This document shows positions 13,201 through 44,072 of a stretch of DNA of 64,000 nucleotides, piece after piece (the stretch's first letter is position 1; each line of letters starts with the position of its first letter). The stretch comes from Lingula anatina (lineage: Eukaryota > Animalia > Brachiopoda). Both the position numbers and the translations under genes were made by a program. The notes below the pieces were generated by a model, which was given only the letters and a program-made list of their open reading frames with translations, ran no database searches and was not told where the DNA came from. The stretch is from positions 43,158,401-43,222,400 of the forward strand of contig CM120641.1 of assembly GCA_051362555.1 (NCBI GenBank). Direction: 5' to 3'.

Positions 13201-14140
13201 TTATCCACCTGTTTACTTTTAATTGTTCTCTTCAATTAAAGAAATGTTATGAAGTGTTGAATAAGGTTAAGATATTTTTTTTACAACCTCTCTCTATAGT
13301 TTAGATATCTTTGTTATAACATTTTCCAAGATGTACTCACTGGAGGTTGTCAGTTAATTTACTAGTTACATCTTCTAATTTTAGCTCTTGATTCTGAAAC
13401 TTCTGCTCCCACTACCCCTCTGGTCATGTCTGAAAGTGCCTCTAAAACACCACCTGGTATTGTATTGTTGATTTCTATATGATTCTGATTCATAGCTTCA
13501 TTCTTATACGGGCATTCCATGATGAGTCTGTATGTGCATGTGCATCTTCAGTTTTTGTTTTTCTATAGTCAGTCTTGTATTACTACTAAAGAATGTCCAT
13601 ATGAAAGTCAGACTAACAATTAAACTTATATTTTGAGAAAGCCATAGAATAAAAATGAAAATGTAAATCTTGCATGTTATTTTGAAATAATTGTTTTAAT
13701 ATAGCATCATCAGGTATACATGTATATTATATATAGGGGATCCTTGCGCTACAGTGGTTTCCAGGTACAACCTTTCATGGCTATGTCTCGTTTGAATTGT
13801 TGTTTTTATTTAACATTGTACAAATATGTGCTGGAACAAGTTGTTAATCACGACTTATAGTAATGGCCTAGTTGGAAGTAAGTTTATATGTCCCAGGTAA
13901 GGGCTTAAATAAGTCCGTGGCTGCAGTACTTTTAAGGTGTATTATAATATTGTATTAAGACTTACACCAAAATTCTGGCACATGGTAAGAGCTGAAGTCA
14001 AGGACCCCCTGTCATGTTACCTGTTAGATTGAAACACCTGTATTGGTTTCAAGAAGACTTGTTTATCCAGAAACACCTTCTTAGTGAACAGTGTCATCAT
14101 GAAACCAACTTCAAAGTATGTTTATATTGCTTTACATTAC

Positions 14141-14199
<59 letters not shown>

Positions 14200-17100
14200 G
14201 ATATGAGTTGGATTTTATTTATGAATTTCATTCATATTATTTAAGATGTGTATAAACACAATTTAGAATAACTTTTATGCAGAGATTCCCTCATGATAGG
14301 TCACAGAACATATCAATATGTAATGGTCACTTGTCTTTGCATGCTGGTAGAGCTTGCGTAATGACTGGTGTTTAACTGTCATTGACAGTTATTATATATG
14401 CATGTTTTTTCTTTTTCTGAACACTTTTTCGTCAATGTGTTATCATATAGTCGTCAGCATAAGCCATAACCTGTACATAGTTTTTATTAATCAAATTATT
14501 GTGTTATGCAACTTGTAAGTTACTTCAGGATTTGACATTCTATTGTTTGATTGTAATTTTGAACAGTGATTCCGAACAAGGCAATATTGGGATATTGGGA
14601 TTTGTGAAATTGGGTTTTAATGATCATGTATTGGAAAGGGTGTGCCATAAAGCATTTAAATTATTTACGAACATATGCTTCTTTTATGAACTAATTTATA
14701 TGGCACATTGAATCTAAGAAGTAAAAGATGGAGTTGCCTTTTTATGAAGTAAAAGCAAATAACTGTTTTTACATTTGAATCAGTAATAAAGGGGTTCATA
14801 TTATTTTATTTCTCTAAACCAAATAATTTGATTTTGTTGACATTTGGTGAGAATTGTATGTTTCAGTGAAGGCAAAGAAAAACACTGTGTTTTTTGCTCA
14901 TTAGTCAAAAATGTCAAGGTTGATAGGAATATTTTATCATTTTTATCCTCAGCAGCTGACGCAGACTCCACCACCCCTGGGTACTGTGATGTTATATATG
15001 AAGTGATGGTTGCCATGGCAAAGTTTGGGATCATAATGGCTTATAGCTTCCTCTGTGACAGGTGGGGCTTGTTCATTAAAATTTCTTGATTATCTTGTTA
15101 ATTAAAATAAGAAAGAAAGAAAGGAAGGAAATGAAATGTTGTGAATTTTATATTAAGATTATTGGTTAATTAGTATGGCATGATTTATTGTTTCTAGAAT
15201 AACATGCTTATGGTCTTGACTTGGACCTCTATCACATATAATGAAGACATTGGAAATGATTAATTTTCATCATTTACTGTCTCATTGAATTTTAGTTTGG
15301 CAAATGCCTTAAAGATTAGAAAAAATCTATGACTGTGAGCTGACTGTTAATTTTTTTCTCCATTTTTCAGGACCACATTTTTTATGAAAGAAAACAAGTT
15401 TTACACACACTCAAATTTCTTCCTGCCATTTGCATACATTATGATACTTGGGTTTTTCTTCACTGAAGACACTAAACAGGTAAAGAAGTGTTGCTGGTTT
15501 GTTATAGAAGGAAATCATAGTACTGTCAAATTTTAATTTGATTGAAATAGATAATGAATTAAAAAATATATTAATTTTACAGTGATAATGAAAAAGTGAT
15601 GAATAATACAAAATTCAAGACCAAATGATGAAAATAAGGTTTATATAAAGATAATAATGGAAAATGTGTAGATTATAAATTAATAAAGGAAATTTGACTG
15701 TTATTTATATAAAGTGATAGTTAATAGATGATAGTTGAATAAAGTAAAATGAATTGATGGCAATTTCATATTGATATGATAAATAATAGATACAAATGGG
15801 TTATGAAAAAGTTGTTTTTTCCTCTTCAGACCTCAGTATTGCACAGGGACCAGACAGATGAATGGAAGGGCTGGATGCAGTTGGTCATTCTTATATATCA
15901 CTACATGGGAGCCAGTAAAGTAAGACAGCATATACGAAATATCACTTTGTCATTAATGTGAAAAATGTGAATATATGCCTTTGCAAAATTAGCAGTTGGC
16001 ACCTCTGATGATTTTTTTTTTACAAAATCGATAATGTATTAGAGAAAAGGTTGGATAACTATGTCCATCAAAATAATTGAACTGTATTGATGATGTACTT
16101 GGCAAGAATAGTTTAAATTTTCTGTTAGATTTGAGTATATTTAGCATTTGGTATGCTACAATGAGTCTAGAAATTTGTCCCAAAAAAAACACACACTGTT
16201 TGGCAATGCACTATTATGCCCCAGTTCTGCTTTTTAGTTTTGTTGGCTATTCTTATTATCATTGGTATTACTTTTATAATTAGTTTTCTGGTAAGCAGAG
16301 TATAACCACACAATTTAATTTATATTTTTCTTCCAGGCCTTGCCAATATACATGCACATACGTGTTTTAGTATCATCCTACCTCTTTATGACAGGCTTCG
16401 GACACTTTTTTTATTTCTGGAAGAAGGGTGATTATGGCCTGTTTAGACTGTGCCAGGTGAGACCTTACTCAAATGATAAAATTTATTAAACAATTACTGG
16501 TTGATAATTGAACAGCTTCTCATTATAATTTTAATTGGGCAAGGAGATCAGTCTGGTAACTTTGTAACTTGATAGAGGACAGTGCTTTTCAGTCTTAGGG
16601 CTCCATGTGTTGCACAGAAATAACAGTTTGCACACTATTATTATGCTAGTTTTACTAATTAAACAAGATGTTTTCATTTCACTCAGCAAATGACAGCAAA
16701 CATGTATATACAGCAGCCTTTCCGTAAACTCCATTATTGACATTGTAGAGATGTTTATATAAGATAGAAATAAATTTCATTACTTACCTCAACAAGTTTT
16801 TGCATAATAAATGATATGTATTGCATTTGGTTAATAAGATGAAATGAACATCCATAAAAACTGTTTGAAGATGAGATTTATTAGTCAGTCAAACTTATTA
16901 TTTGAGGCAGTTTAATTGCTTTTTTTGCAAGATCACTCAGACTAGAGAGAGAGAATTTCCAGTATGACTGCTTGTTTGTTTGCCCAATTTAATACAATGC
17001 TGGCCTCTTGAGTTGAAGGCGATATGGACAGTTTTACAGATCATTCCAAAGATTCAATGTTAGGTGAATTTGAATAGTATCAAAACATTGTGACGAGGAT

Positions 17101-20100
17101 TATGGATGGTCAAATTCAAATTCATATATTTTTACAGTGTTTTTCTCCATGTTTCTGGTAATAGCATCATTCTTCAAATGTTTGCAATGCCTTGAGTTAG
17201 GGGAGTAAAAGAAAGGTTTAGCTGCTGAGTTCTAGGCTTTTGCTTTCAGTGTGGTCGCAGGTGCAGACACGGTCTCTTCTCCTGCAAAACAAGAAACAAC
17301 AGTTTGCATCGTATCTGTGAAGTAAGTTAGTTTGTGCTTGGTTCACTCTAGATGTAGTCATGTCTTGGGTTTTGAATTTGGATAAGATTTTCAAATGTCA
17401 AAACTGCATGAACTGGACTACAGGAAAGTGCCTTTGTTAAAAGACAGAACATGTTTTGCTATTTTGCCAATTTGGCTCCAGAATATTAGTTTCTTTAAAA
17501 AAAAAACTACCACTTTTCCATGATTTATCAATGTTGAATTAATTCTTAAAGAGCACATACAACCTAAAACTTAATCAACCAAAGACAGCTTCAAAACTTA
17601 CCTTTAGTTGACTTATCAGCTTGGCTATCTGATTAAATCTCCAATACTGCATCTCAGCAGCCAAAGTTTGGGTTGGCCAAGTCAGTGTAACATGTAGATT
17701 GTGGTACTATTGCTAGGCCTTACCTAGGCTATGCTGTAGGATCCAAATTTGTTCATTTAAAGATATGGGGACGTATAGAAGTATATGTTACCTACAGCTT
17801 TGAGGTTACAGTAGTACCACAGTGCGGACTGGTGAGGGATATTGTTGCCATAGAAACCTACCAAGCAATGGCTCAGTAACCAATTCACATGTTTTATTAC
17901 AAACTAACTTGCTTCAAAGGCAGAGCATGCTTTGTTTCTTGTTGATGTGTTATGTATTTGTTTAAGTCTGTACTTTTGTACATTCAGGGTTTATGTAAGG
18001 GAGACCCTTGTTTGACACAGCATATGATAACCACTGTTAAAATTGACTTCTGTCTGAAGGGAAATTACATGATTGATGGAAAAATGATAAATGGATTCTT
18101 GATTTAGTCTGCAATTCACCTGATCAAAACCCTGAATGTGCCCATGTGTGATATGTTATTTTGTTTGTGATTGCTTGAAACTCTGTCAGTCTTGATGAAT
18201 TCTGATGTTCAGATTAATAAGTCAAGAGGGTATTTGTGGTAATTTAAAATTTTAAGAGCATCACTGAAATATTGTTAAATCAATAGTAGCTATACTGGTT
18301 TAGGTAAATGTTAACTGTTTCAATTCGCCGTGTGTAGAAAAGGTTTGCATCATTTAAGGTCTGAAATACCTTTTTGGAAGATAAGACACACATATATATT
18401 TTTAAGGTGACAAAAAATAATATGGTTGTTTAAATCATTTTGAATTACAGGATTTCACTGCATTCAGCTTAAACCAGTCATATGCTGTCCCATTCTTTGA
18501 CCTTTGCTTTAGTTTTGCCCAAATATTTAAGCTCCCTATCCTAGCAATCTGTGTTAAACATTTTAAAATTTAAAGTTGAATAGCAAATTAAATATTTCAT
18601 GAAAAACTTAACTTTTTAGTTGTTATTTAGCCAGAACACTGCTGGTTTGAATAATTTTCAAGAATCCACTTAATATAACAGTGTGGAGCAGTAGGATTGT
18701 AGTAGGATATAAGCATGCCATAGAACTTGAACCACAGGGAATCTCATCACTATTATTTTTCCATTTCAGGTACTCTTCCGCATGAACCTACTAGTGGTGG
18801 TGCTATGTTTTGTGATGAATAGGCCATATCAGTTCTACTACTTCGTCCCCTTGGTTTCTTTCTGGTATATTGTTGTTTATATCACCATGGCAATATGGCC
18901 ACAAGTAACAGAGGCCAAAACTGAAAGTAAGTGAATGTGTTTTTTTACAAGGTGGTGAATAAAATCTTAGGTTTATTTTGGCATTTATTAAACAGACTTT
19001 CCTAAGATATTTTTCTTGTGATGTTTTATTCATTTTATGAAAAATTTAACTTTCTGTTAAGTTGAAAACTGACTTGATTGAACTTATGGCCTTTTAAAAT
19101 AATTTGACAAACTTAAAGGACTGCCCTTGCCTAAGACATGTGAATTGTCATACTTAAAAAGGTATTCAACTTCTCATTTTTAGGTCATAGAAGACACTAT
19201 TTATACATGATATTAAAGTTTGTAGTCTTGGTAGCTGTGATATCCTTGCTTTATCTCTCAGAGGTAAGGTTACAAAGAGATTTCATTATATATGGGCTTA
19301 GCTCAGACTACTTAAATCATATAGCCAGTTTGTAAAGTTGACTAAAATTCAACCTGGGCCATTTTATGAAATGTGTTTCAGTTCAGTTGTTCTTTGACAG
19401 ACTGTAATTATTATTGTTGTTATCCAAAGGTTTGCATAATTGTATATTTAAAGAAAAGAGAGAGGCTTCCCGTTCTACACAATTAAAAAAAAAATTGGTT
19501 AAAACTATCAGTTTTGCTGATAGTATTTTGCTATGGATTGGAATATCTAAAAAGGGAGACATTGTTTAATTTTAACTTCTTGCAGATAAAAAGATGTATT
19601 TCAGTCAAATGATGATTACTTTTTAGTCTTCTACCCTTATCTGTTTTGCAGGTCTTCTTCGAGAAATTGTTCTTGTCTCGACCATTTAAGCCACTGTTCG
19701 TCTTATCAGATGACTCAATTCACGAGTGGAGGTTCAGATGGGAACTAGATCGTTTTGTGAGTGGTTGCCATAGTTACTTTATTGGACTTTACTGAAAGGA
19801 ATAGTACTTTCTTTTTTGTCCTGAAATTCCCATCATCTTTTCAAATAGTGTTTTTAATGTTACTTACTGGTATTTTCAGTGATTTTTTTGTCTAAAATTT
19901 CACAAACCTGTCACTTGAACTTTAAAAATTAAGCTTTAAAGCAAAATAAATTGTTTTTGGTAATCCAGAATTTGAAAACCTGAAAAATGATTATCACATA
20001 AGAAAAAATGTGTTTCAAATATGTTGATTTCATGTAACTTCTTTCAGAGTGTGACATATGGGATGATATTTGCTTTTGGTTACCTTGTTCTAAAAAAGAT

Positions 20101-21550
20101 GGAACTTATAGATGACACCAACCATCAAACCTTGTTCTCACGGGGAGTTTGTTGGGTTGTTGTTTTACTATCACTCATAGGTTTAGCGGTGAGTTAAAAA
20201 AATCTATTAATCCTAATATGATGACGGCATAAGCATTAGTTCTACTTTTAAGTACAAACATCGAAATTTATTATTTCCCACTAATTCAAAATGTTGTCAT
20301 GATTAATTTTGTAATATGATACTGCATAATTTAGCCCCTGCTAAAAGATTGTTTCAGTATTTGTTTAGAAATGTAGGATAGATAAAAAACATTATGTAAT
20401 TTTAAAAGTACTATTACATATATATGATTTAGCATATTACCTTTGCCATTTGAATATTTTCAGAGTTATACAACATTCTCAGTGCTATGTCGTTCCAAAC
20501 CTGAGTGCAATGGAGTACATAGTTATATAGTTTTTATTCCTGTGAGTATGAAGATACAATTATGTGAAGTTTAACCTAAAAAGCAAAGTCTTCCATCAAC
20601 TGGCAACAGTTTTTTTTTTTCCTTTTTTTTTTCTCATGACATCTCTCTAAAGTCTGCATAAACAAGGTGTGTGTTGGGGTAGGGGTGGGGAGCCATCTTG
20701 TTGTATATAAGAAATCAATAAGGTATGGGTAACTCAGTAACTAAACACATATTTGATATTCCTTTGTCTATGGATTAAAAATCAAAATATTTTCATTTTT
20801 TTTTCCTTTCTTTAAATCTTTTGTGTTATTAAGTTTAGACAGTCTAGATGTTACTGGACTAATTGTACATAACTTTGTCTATTTTCAGATTGTTTCATTT
20901 GTCTGCCTACGCAACATTCCTGGTTGGCTGAGGTCAAGATATAGCTCATTTTTTGCCTGGTTTGGTAAAATATCTCTAGAGGTGAGAGATTTAGCATTTA
21001 TTTTCTTTTTTTATTGCTGTTCATATCAACTGGCTTATTTTCTTTATATATATTTATTTCTATAATATATAGAAATGAGGTCTTTAATCCTGAAGTTGAA
21101 TTTAGAAAAGAGTTTTAGAAGCTGCTAGGAATGGGGCCATTACAGACAAAAATGTAAAAAAAAAAATGGTAACAAAAATTTTAATCAGTTTATTTTTTTT
21201 TCTAAAGCTGTTCATTGCTGTTCTCCAGCTGTTCGTTGCCCATTAGCAGACTTATCATTATTTTGAATTAAATATTTTAAATTTTTTTCCAGTTGTTCAT
21301 TGCCCAGTATCATATATGGTTAGCAGCAGACACCCATGGCATCTTAGTCCTTGTTCCAAACTACCCGGTCCTTAACGTGGTCATTACATCCTTCATCTTT
21401 GTCTGCGTAGCTCATGAAATTTCCAAAATAACACAGACTCTGGCAAAACATGCCGTACCCAAAGATTGGAAACTGATCCTGAGAAATTTGGTTTGCTTCA
21501 TTGCAATTCTTATACCAGTTTGTATATCACATGGAGTATTTAACTCATAG
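7206..21550 (+). CDS. CASD1: CAS1 domain-containing protein 1 (sialate O-acetyltransferase family): luminal SGNH-like domain plus multi-TM Cas1 acyltransferase domain
   Basis: Exons 7206-7335, 8304-8400 ([23 protein letters not shown]), 9061-9247 ([12 protein letters not shown], catalytic GDS), 9660-9767, 10092-10143, 10519-10590, 10834-10924, 11468-11573 (DGLH, DxxH), 12120-12244 ([13 protein letters not shown]), 12750-12814, [13385-13456], 14953-15061, 15371-15479, 15830-15919 ([21 protein letters not shown]), 16337-16456, [17250-17321], 18770-18926 ([13 protein letters not shown]), 19184-19263, 19652-19756 ([10 protein letters not shown]), 20048-20188, 20464-20541, 20889-20981 ([11 protein letters not shown]), 21293-21550 ([17 protein letters not shown]). 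All GT-AG, phases consistent. Confidence 0.96.
13385..13456 (+). CDS. CASD1: Probable symmetric (phase 1-1) 72-nt CASD1 exon encoding a Ser/Thr/Pro-rich loop
   Basis: ttttag|ct ctt gat...cca cct g|gtattg; open in frame ([24 protein letters not shown]). Confidence 0.6.
14143..14195. repeat. (TAT)n microsatellite in CASD1 intron
   Basis: About 17 tandem TAT units; produces the spurious poly-Tyr ORF 14014-14244. Confidence 0.95.
17250..17321 (+). CDS. CASD1: Candidate 72-nt cassette exon (phase 0-0) in the longest CASD1 intron
   Basis: ttttgctttcag|tgt ggt cgc...tgt gaa|gtaagt; stop-free in the CASD1 frame ([24 protein letters not shown]). Confidence 0.55.
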
Positions 21551-22790
21551 CAGAGGTGTCAATCAAGGTGATGAAAGTTCTTGGGGAGATGTACATTCCA
21601 TTTCTATTCATAGCTTGTTCATGCACAGAACCACAGTTTGTGTAATTTTAATCAAATGTAGAGCACTTTGTAATTGTATGCTGTATAAATTTTTAAAAAG
21701 TAAGATTATGATGCTTCATTTTCCTCTTGGTGATATTAGTATGTGATAACTTTTTTTTAAGGGTAGCTTGGACAGGAAAAGTTAAATTGCTTTTTGTTTA
21801 TTTTATTGGCACTGCTGTTTTAGAAGCCATATTGCCGGGGTATTTTTCACCTTCACCTACTGTTCAGTAGAGGTGCCCTCTTTGTTGTGACATTTATGAA
21901 TGGTAAGATAAATATGTTTGATGGAGAATCACATTACTAATTTATTATATATGTATATTTCTTTTCAAAACTTGGAACTTGTAAATGGTTTCATATATAT
22001 ATGTGATTGGGAAATGTTTTAGGGGAATATATAATCTAACATTCGGGGGTCATTGTCTGAATATGGATAGATATTTTTGTAGTCTCATTTAAATCCTATA
22101 CACTTGCTTCACCCTTGCTAGTGTGGTCAGTTACTTCAACTGACAACTTGGTTTATGAAAAACCAGTTGTTTCAGTTAACACTTAAGTATCATGTTAATG
22201 AAGTAAAGAAGTGTTATTATATGATTTTCATATAGAAATGTTAGAGGATTAAACCAACTTTTTGTCTAGTACAAAGGTGGCTAAAGTATCTTGATGTCCC
22301 CCTTATCTACTCTGTCAGTATTAAATCTGTATTGGCTAAGGAACAAATGAACAAACAGATCTTAACATCTGCTTATGTCTGGCATTTACACACATCTGGT
22401 TTTACTGTATATTGTAGCTTTAAAATATATCATACAGTTTATCAGAATATTTCACAGTTCATGTGCTATCTAAATCGTTCATTGTCATTCATGTTATTAT
22501 AATTATTGTTCCTATTTATTATCTAGCATATTAAAATTGTTTGATATGTTGTTACATACAATATTAATAGAGATGTGTTAAAAAAGAGAAAATATATTTT
22601 CAGATTGCTAGAATAATAATGAAGTCACCCTGATTTAGAGATTTTTTGTCAGTGATGCCCGTCAAGCTGATATTGGGGATTAGTTTGTATGAAACTCTAA
22701 AAACTCGGGGGGGATGGGGCATTAGTTTTGCTATCTGGTCATGGATGGTGTTCTCAGGGAAAGTAAAGTAGAGGTTTCTGTTTGATTCTC

Positions 22791-22796
22791 AATAAA
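22791..22796 (+). promoter_or_regulatory. Candidate polyadenylation signal for CASD1
   Basis: AATAAA about 1.2 kb after the stop codon followed by GT/T-rich sequence; a second AATAAA at 22986-22991. Confidence 0.35.
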
Positions 22797-24522
22797 ATTT
22801 GTCATCTTGTGACTTGTTGTCAACCTGAATTGACACTCTTTTCATTGTTAAAATTGGTGTATACTGAATCACCTCTTCTATGGAAAAATGAATTCAGACT
22901 TGTATAGAATTCCACATAATTCATACAAAGGTTGTCCAGCTTGGTGAAATAGCAGTTGACAGTCTGTTATGATATTTAATACTGAAATAAATGGAATTTT
23001 TGCTGTGGGAAAAGTGGAATTGCGTAGTTTATATTAACAGCCATTTAAACTGATAAAGGTACCATTTCTCATTTCCTAGTCTTAAGTTTTAGATATTACA
23101 CAACTTTATTTCTTTTGATTTTAAAGAACACCAAATCTGTTCCATATGACTAAATACATCTTATATGAGCTTCTGTTGAACAAAACGAGTTTCATATTTT
23201 TGTTTTAATCATTAATAATTTTATATATGGATCTAATTTCAATTTTGAGAGATGTCAACAACTCCATATGAAATTAACACGAGAAGTTTCAATCCAGATT
23301 GAGTACTATCCCAAAAGGCCAATAGATTTTTTTTTACCAGTTTATGAGCATCAATTCTTTGTAACACGTATAAATCACTAGTACTTATTTCTTATACTGC
23401 TCGAATATAACCCACGTGCTAAAGGATAAACTGAATTAATTGTTCGGTTACCCAAAAATAAGCTTTCAAACTGCACCTTCTTCAAATCTATTTATGTAGA
23501 ACGCATTGCTGCTGCTCGTGCATTAGCAGACTTAGTTTTTACAAGGATTGGCAAAAACCAACAAGGGTTTAAGATAGCACAGAACAACAGCAGAAAATTT
23601 TAGCCACAACATGTAGCACAATCAAAATCTCTGCTGTCAGGGTTGCATATCGGGCTGTGAATTTTGGTGACGCAACTAACACAATGGTAGTGTAGTTGTG
23701 AAAAATGTATTTTGGGTTGCGACTCATACGTACAACTAACACAATCGAAATATTTGCAGGTAAAAGCAGTGAACGTGAACTCGATTTAGACCAGGAAACC
23801 TCAGGAGAGGGTGCTTGCAATATTATATAAAATATTCTTGGACACAGCCCATAAATCGAATTTCCTCTTAAATTGTCCACTGAGAGACTTTGATTCCAAA
23901 CCCCCTGTATCTTCATCATTTCTTCTCAAAAATGCTGGCTGCTTCTAGTGACGGACAAAAATTGATTTTGAACCCATTTTGTAAAAGTGAGGAAACCAGA
24001 AACTTCACATACAAGATATTTTGAAGCTCTATTTCCAAAACACAAATTGACTAATTTAGCACTTCTAAACGAGTTCATCCTAGCAGCCTACCTGATACAA
24101 GAAAATGCTATATGTAATTAGGCAAGAACATCGACTAAATCGAAGACCTTAGCTTACATTTTTTAATCCCCAACACTGGGACAGGCCCAGGTCCAAGTGG
24201 TCTAGGCCGTGTAACAAAAACTCGTGCAGATTTTATCGTACTGACCTCGGTCTGGCAAGGGCCGCGGGCGACCAGGCTAAAGCCAGTCTGTCGAAGTGCG
24301 CAGGCGGAGCGGTCTTATACTACCAGTAGTGCATCTACTGAGGCAATGAAATGTTTCTTGGTTGAAGAGAAAAGAAGTCGTTGAACGGATCGTGGCGTTC
24401 GTGCAAGGTGACTGTGCATTAAGACAAGTGTTGAGTGGGCCGGATGTGTAGTATTTCCACGTCAAGCGTGACATATACTGTAACAGAGGGCTGTGAGTCA
24501 CTGGAGCACCTGTCCCGGAGCC

Positions 24523-42979
<18,457 letters not shown>

Positions 42980-43811
42980 TGGACAGCATCACAGATAGGA
43001 CTGAATGCAATTAGTTCACAAGTACACTATTTTTGAGACAAAAGCATTGAATACAACCATATTGACAATCTATTAAATTTCTGTATGAATTGGATCTCAT
43101 AGCACGATATGAACTCCTTCGGAATAGCTGGTTTTCACTTCTTGAAGTAAAATGTCATTGACATCACTGTTTCTTATGTATTCTTTTTCTTCCTATTTAC
43201 TACCTTAGAAAGTCATTGTTAAATGCTGTACTTCATGTAAAAGTGGATAGAATCTTATATGTATAGTTTTTCTCTGAGATAATCGTTGATATACAATGTA
43301 CCTCTCATGAACTGAAGTGAAGAACACATTATAGAGGCGGCACACATAATAACAAATTTCTTTAAAAAACGAAATATTTTTAATTTTAAGGTGCATTAAT
43401 GACACAGTAACGTAAGCCGATGATATCCTGTTGATTTAAAGTTGCGTTGATTAGAGTCACTTATCCACTTAACATGAGACTCGTGTTATAAGTTGACTCT
43501 ACTTTTGTACCCCTGTACCAATAATTTGTTGGTTTGTATTTTTACACGAGTTTTCTTGCTTCATTTACAGACTGTTTCAACACTGCCATAATACCTCTTG
43601 TCGTTTTTTTCCTATACATTATTGATCTTTAATGTTAGAGTGTCCCATGTGAAAAAAGGTAATTTTATGTAACAAAGTGTATTTAATTTGGTAATGTGTT
43701 TGTATTGGGTAAATTGATTTTTTAGTCTGAGGAGCTTGATTTGGATTGCAACAGTTTGCAGTTTTACGTCCTCGTGACACGGTTGAATGTTTTTGCATTT
43801 TGCATCACCAG

Positions 43812-44072
43812 GGCCCAGTTTTATAAAGGACGTTTAGCACTAACCAGTGGATAAGCCTAACCAGTGGATAAATTCCCCTAACACCCATTAACTAAAAGAT
43901 GGTTAAAATGTGTTTTATATACAGTCCTCTGACGGAAAACAGCCAATTAGTTAACTGGCCAGTGTTTAACTGGATTAAATAATTATTTAAAGGTCAGTTT
44001 ACTAACAGACTATTTAGTTCTGGTTAGAGTTAAACACTGGTTAGTGCTAAACGTCCTTTATAAAACTGGGCC
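43812..44072. mobile_element. PIF/Harbinger-like MITE, 261 bp, perfect 38-bp TIRs and CAG target-site duplication
   Basis: cag|ggcccagttttataaaggacgtttagcactaaccagtg ... cactggttagtgctaaacgtcctttataaaactgggcc|cag. Confidence 0.92.

Noticed and set aside
14014-14244. Poly-Tyr ORF
   Set aside because: Translation of a (TAT)n microsatellite within a CASD1 intron.
23569-23919. 116-aa minus-strand ORF between CASD1 and VWDE
   Set aside because: No domain similarity or exon structure; likely repeat-derived or random.
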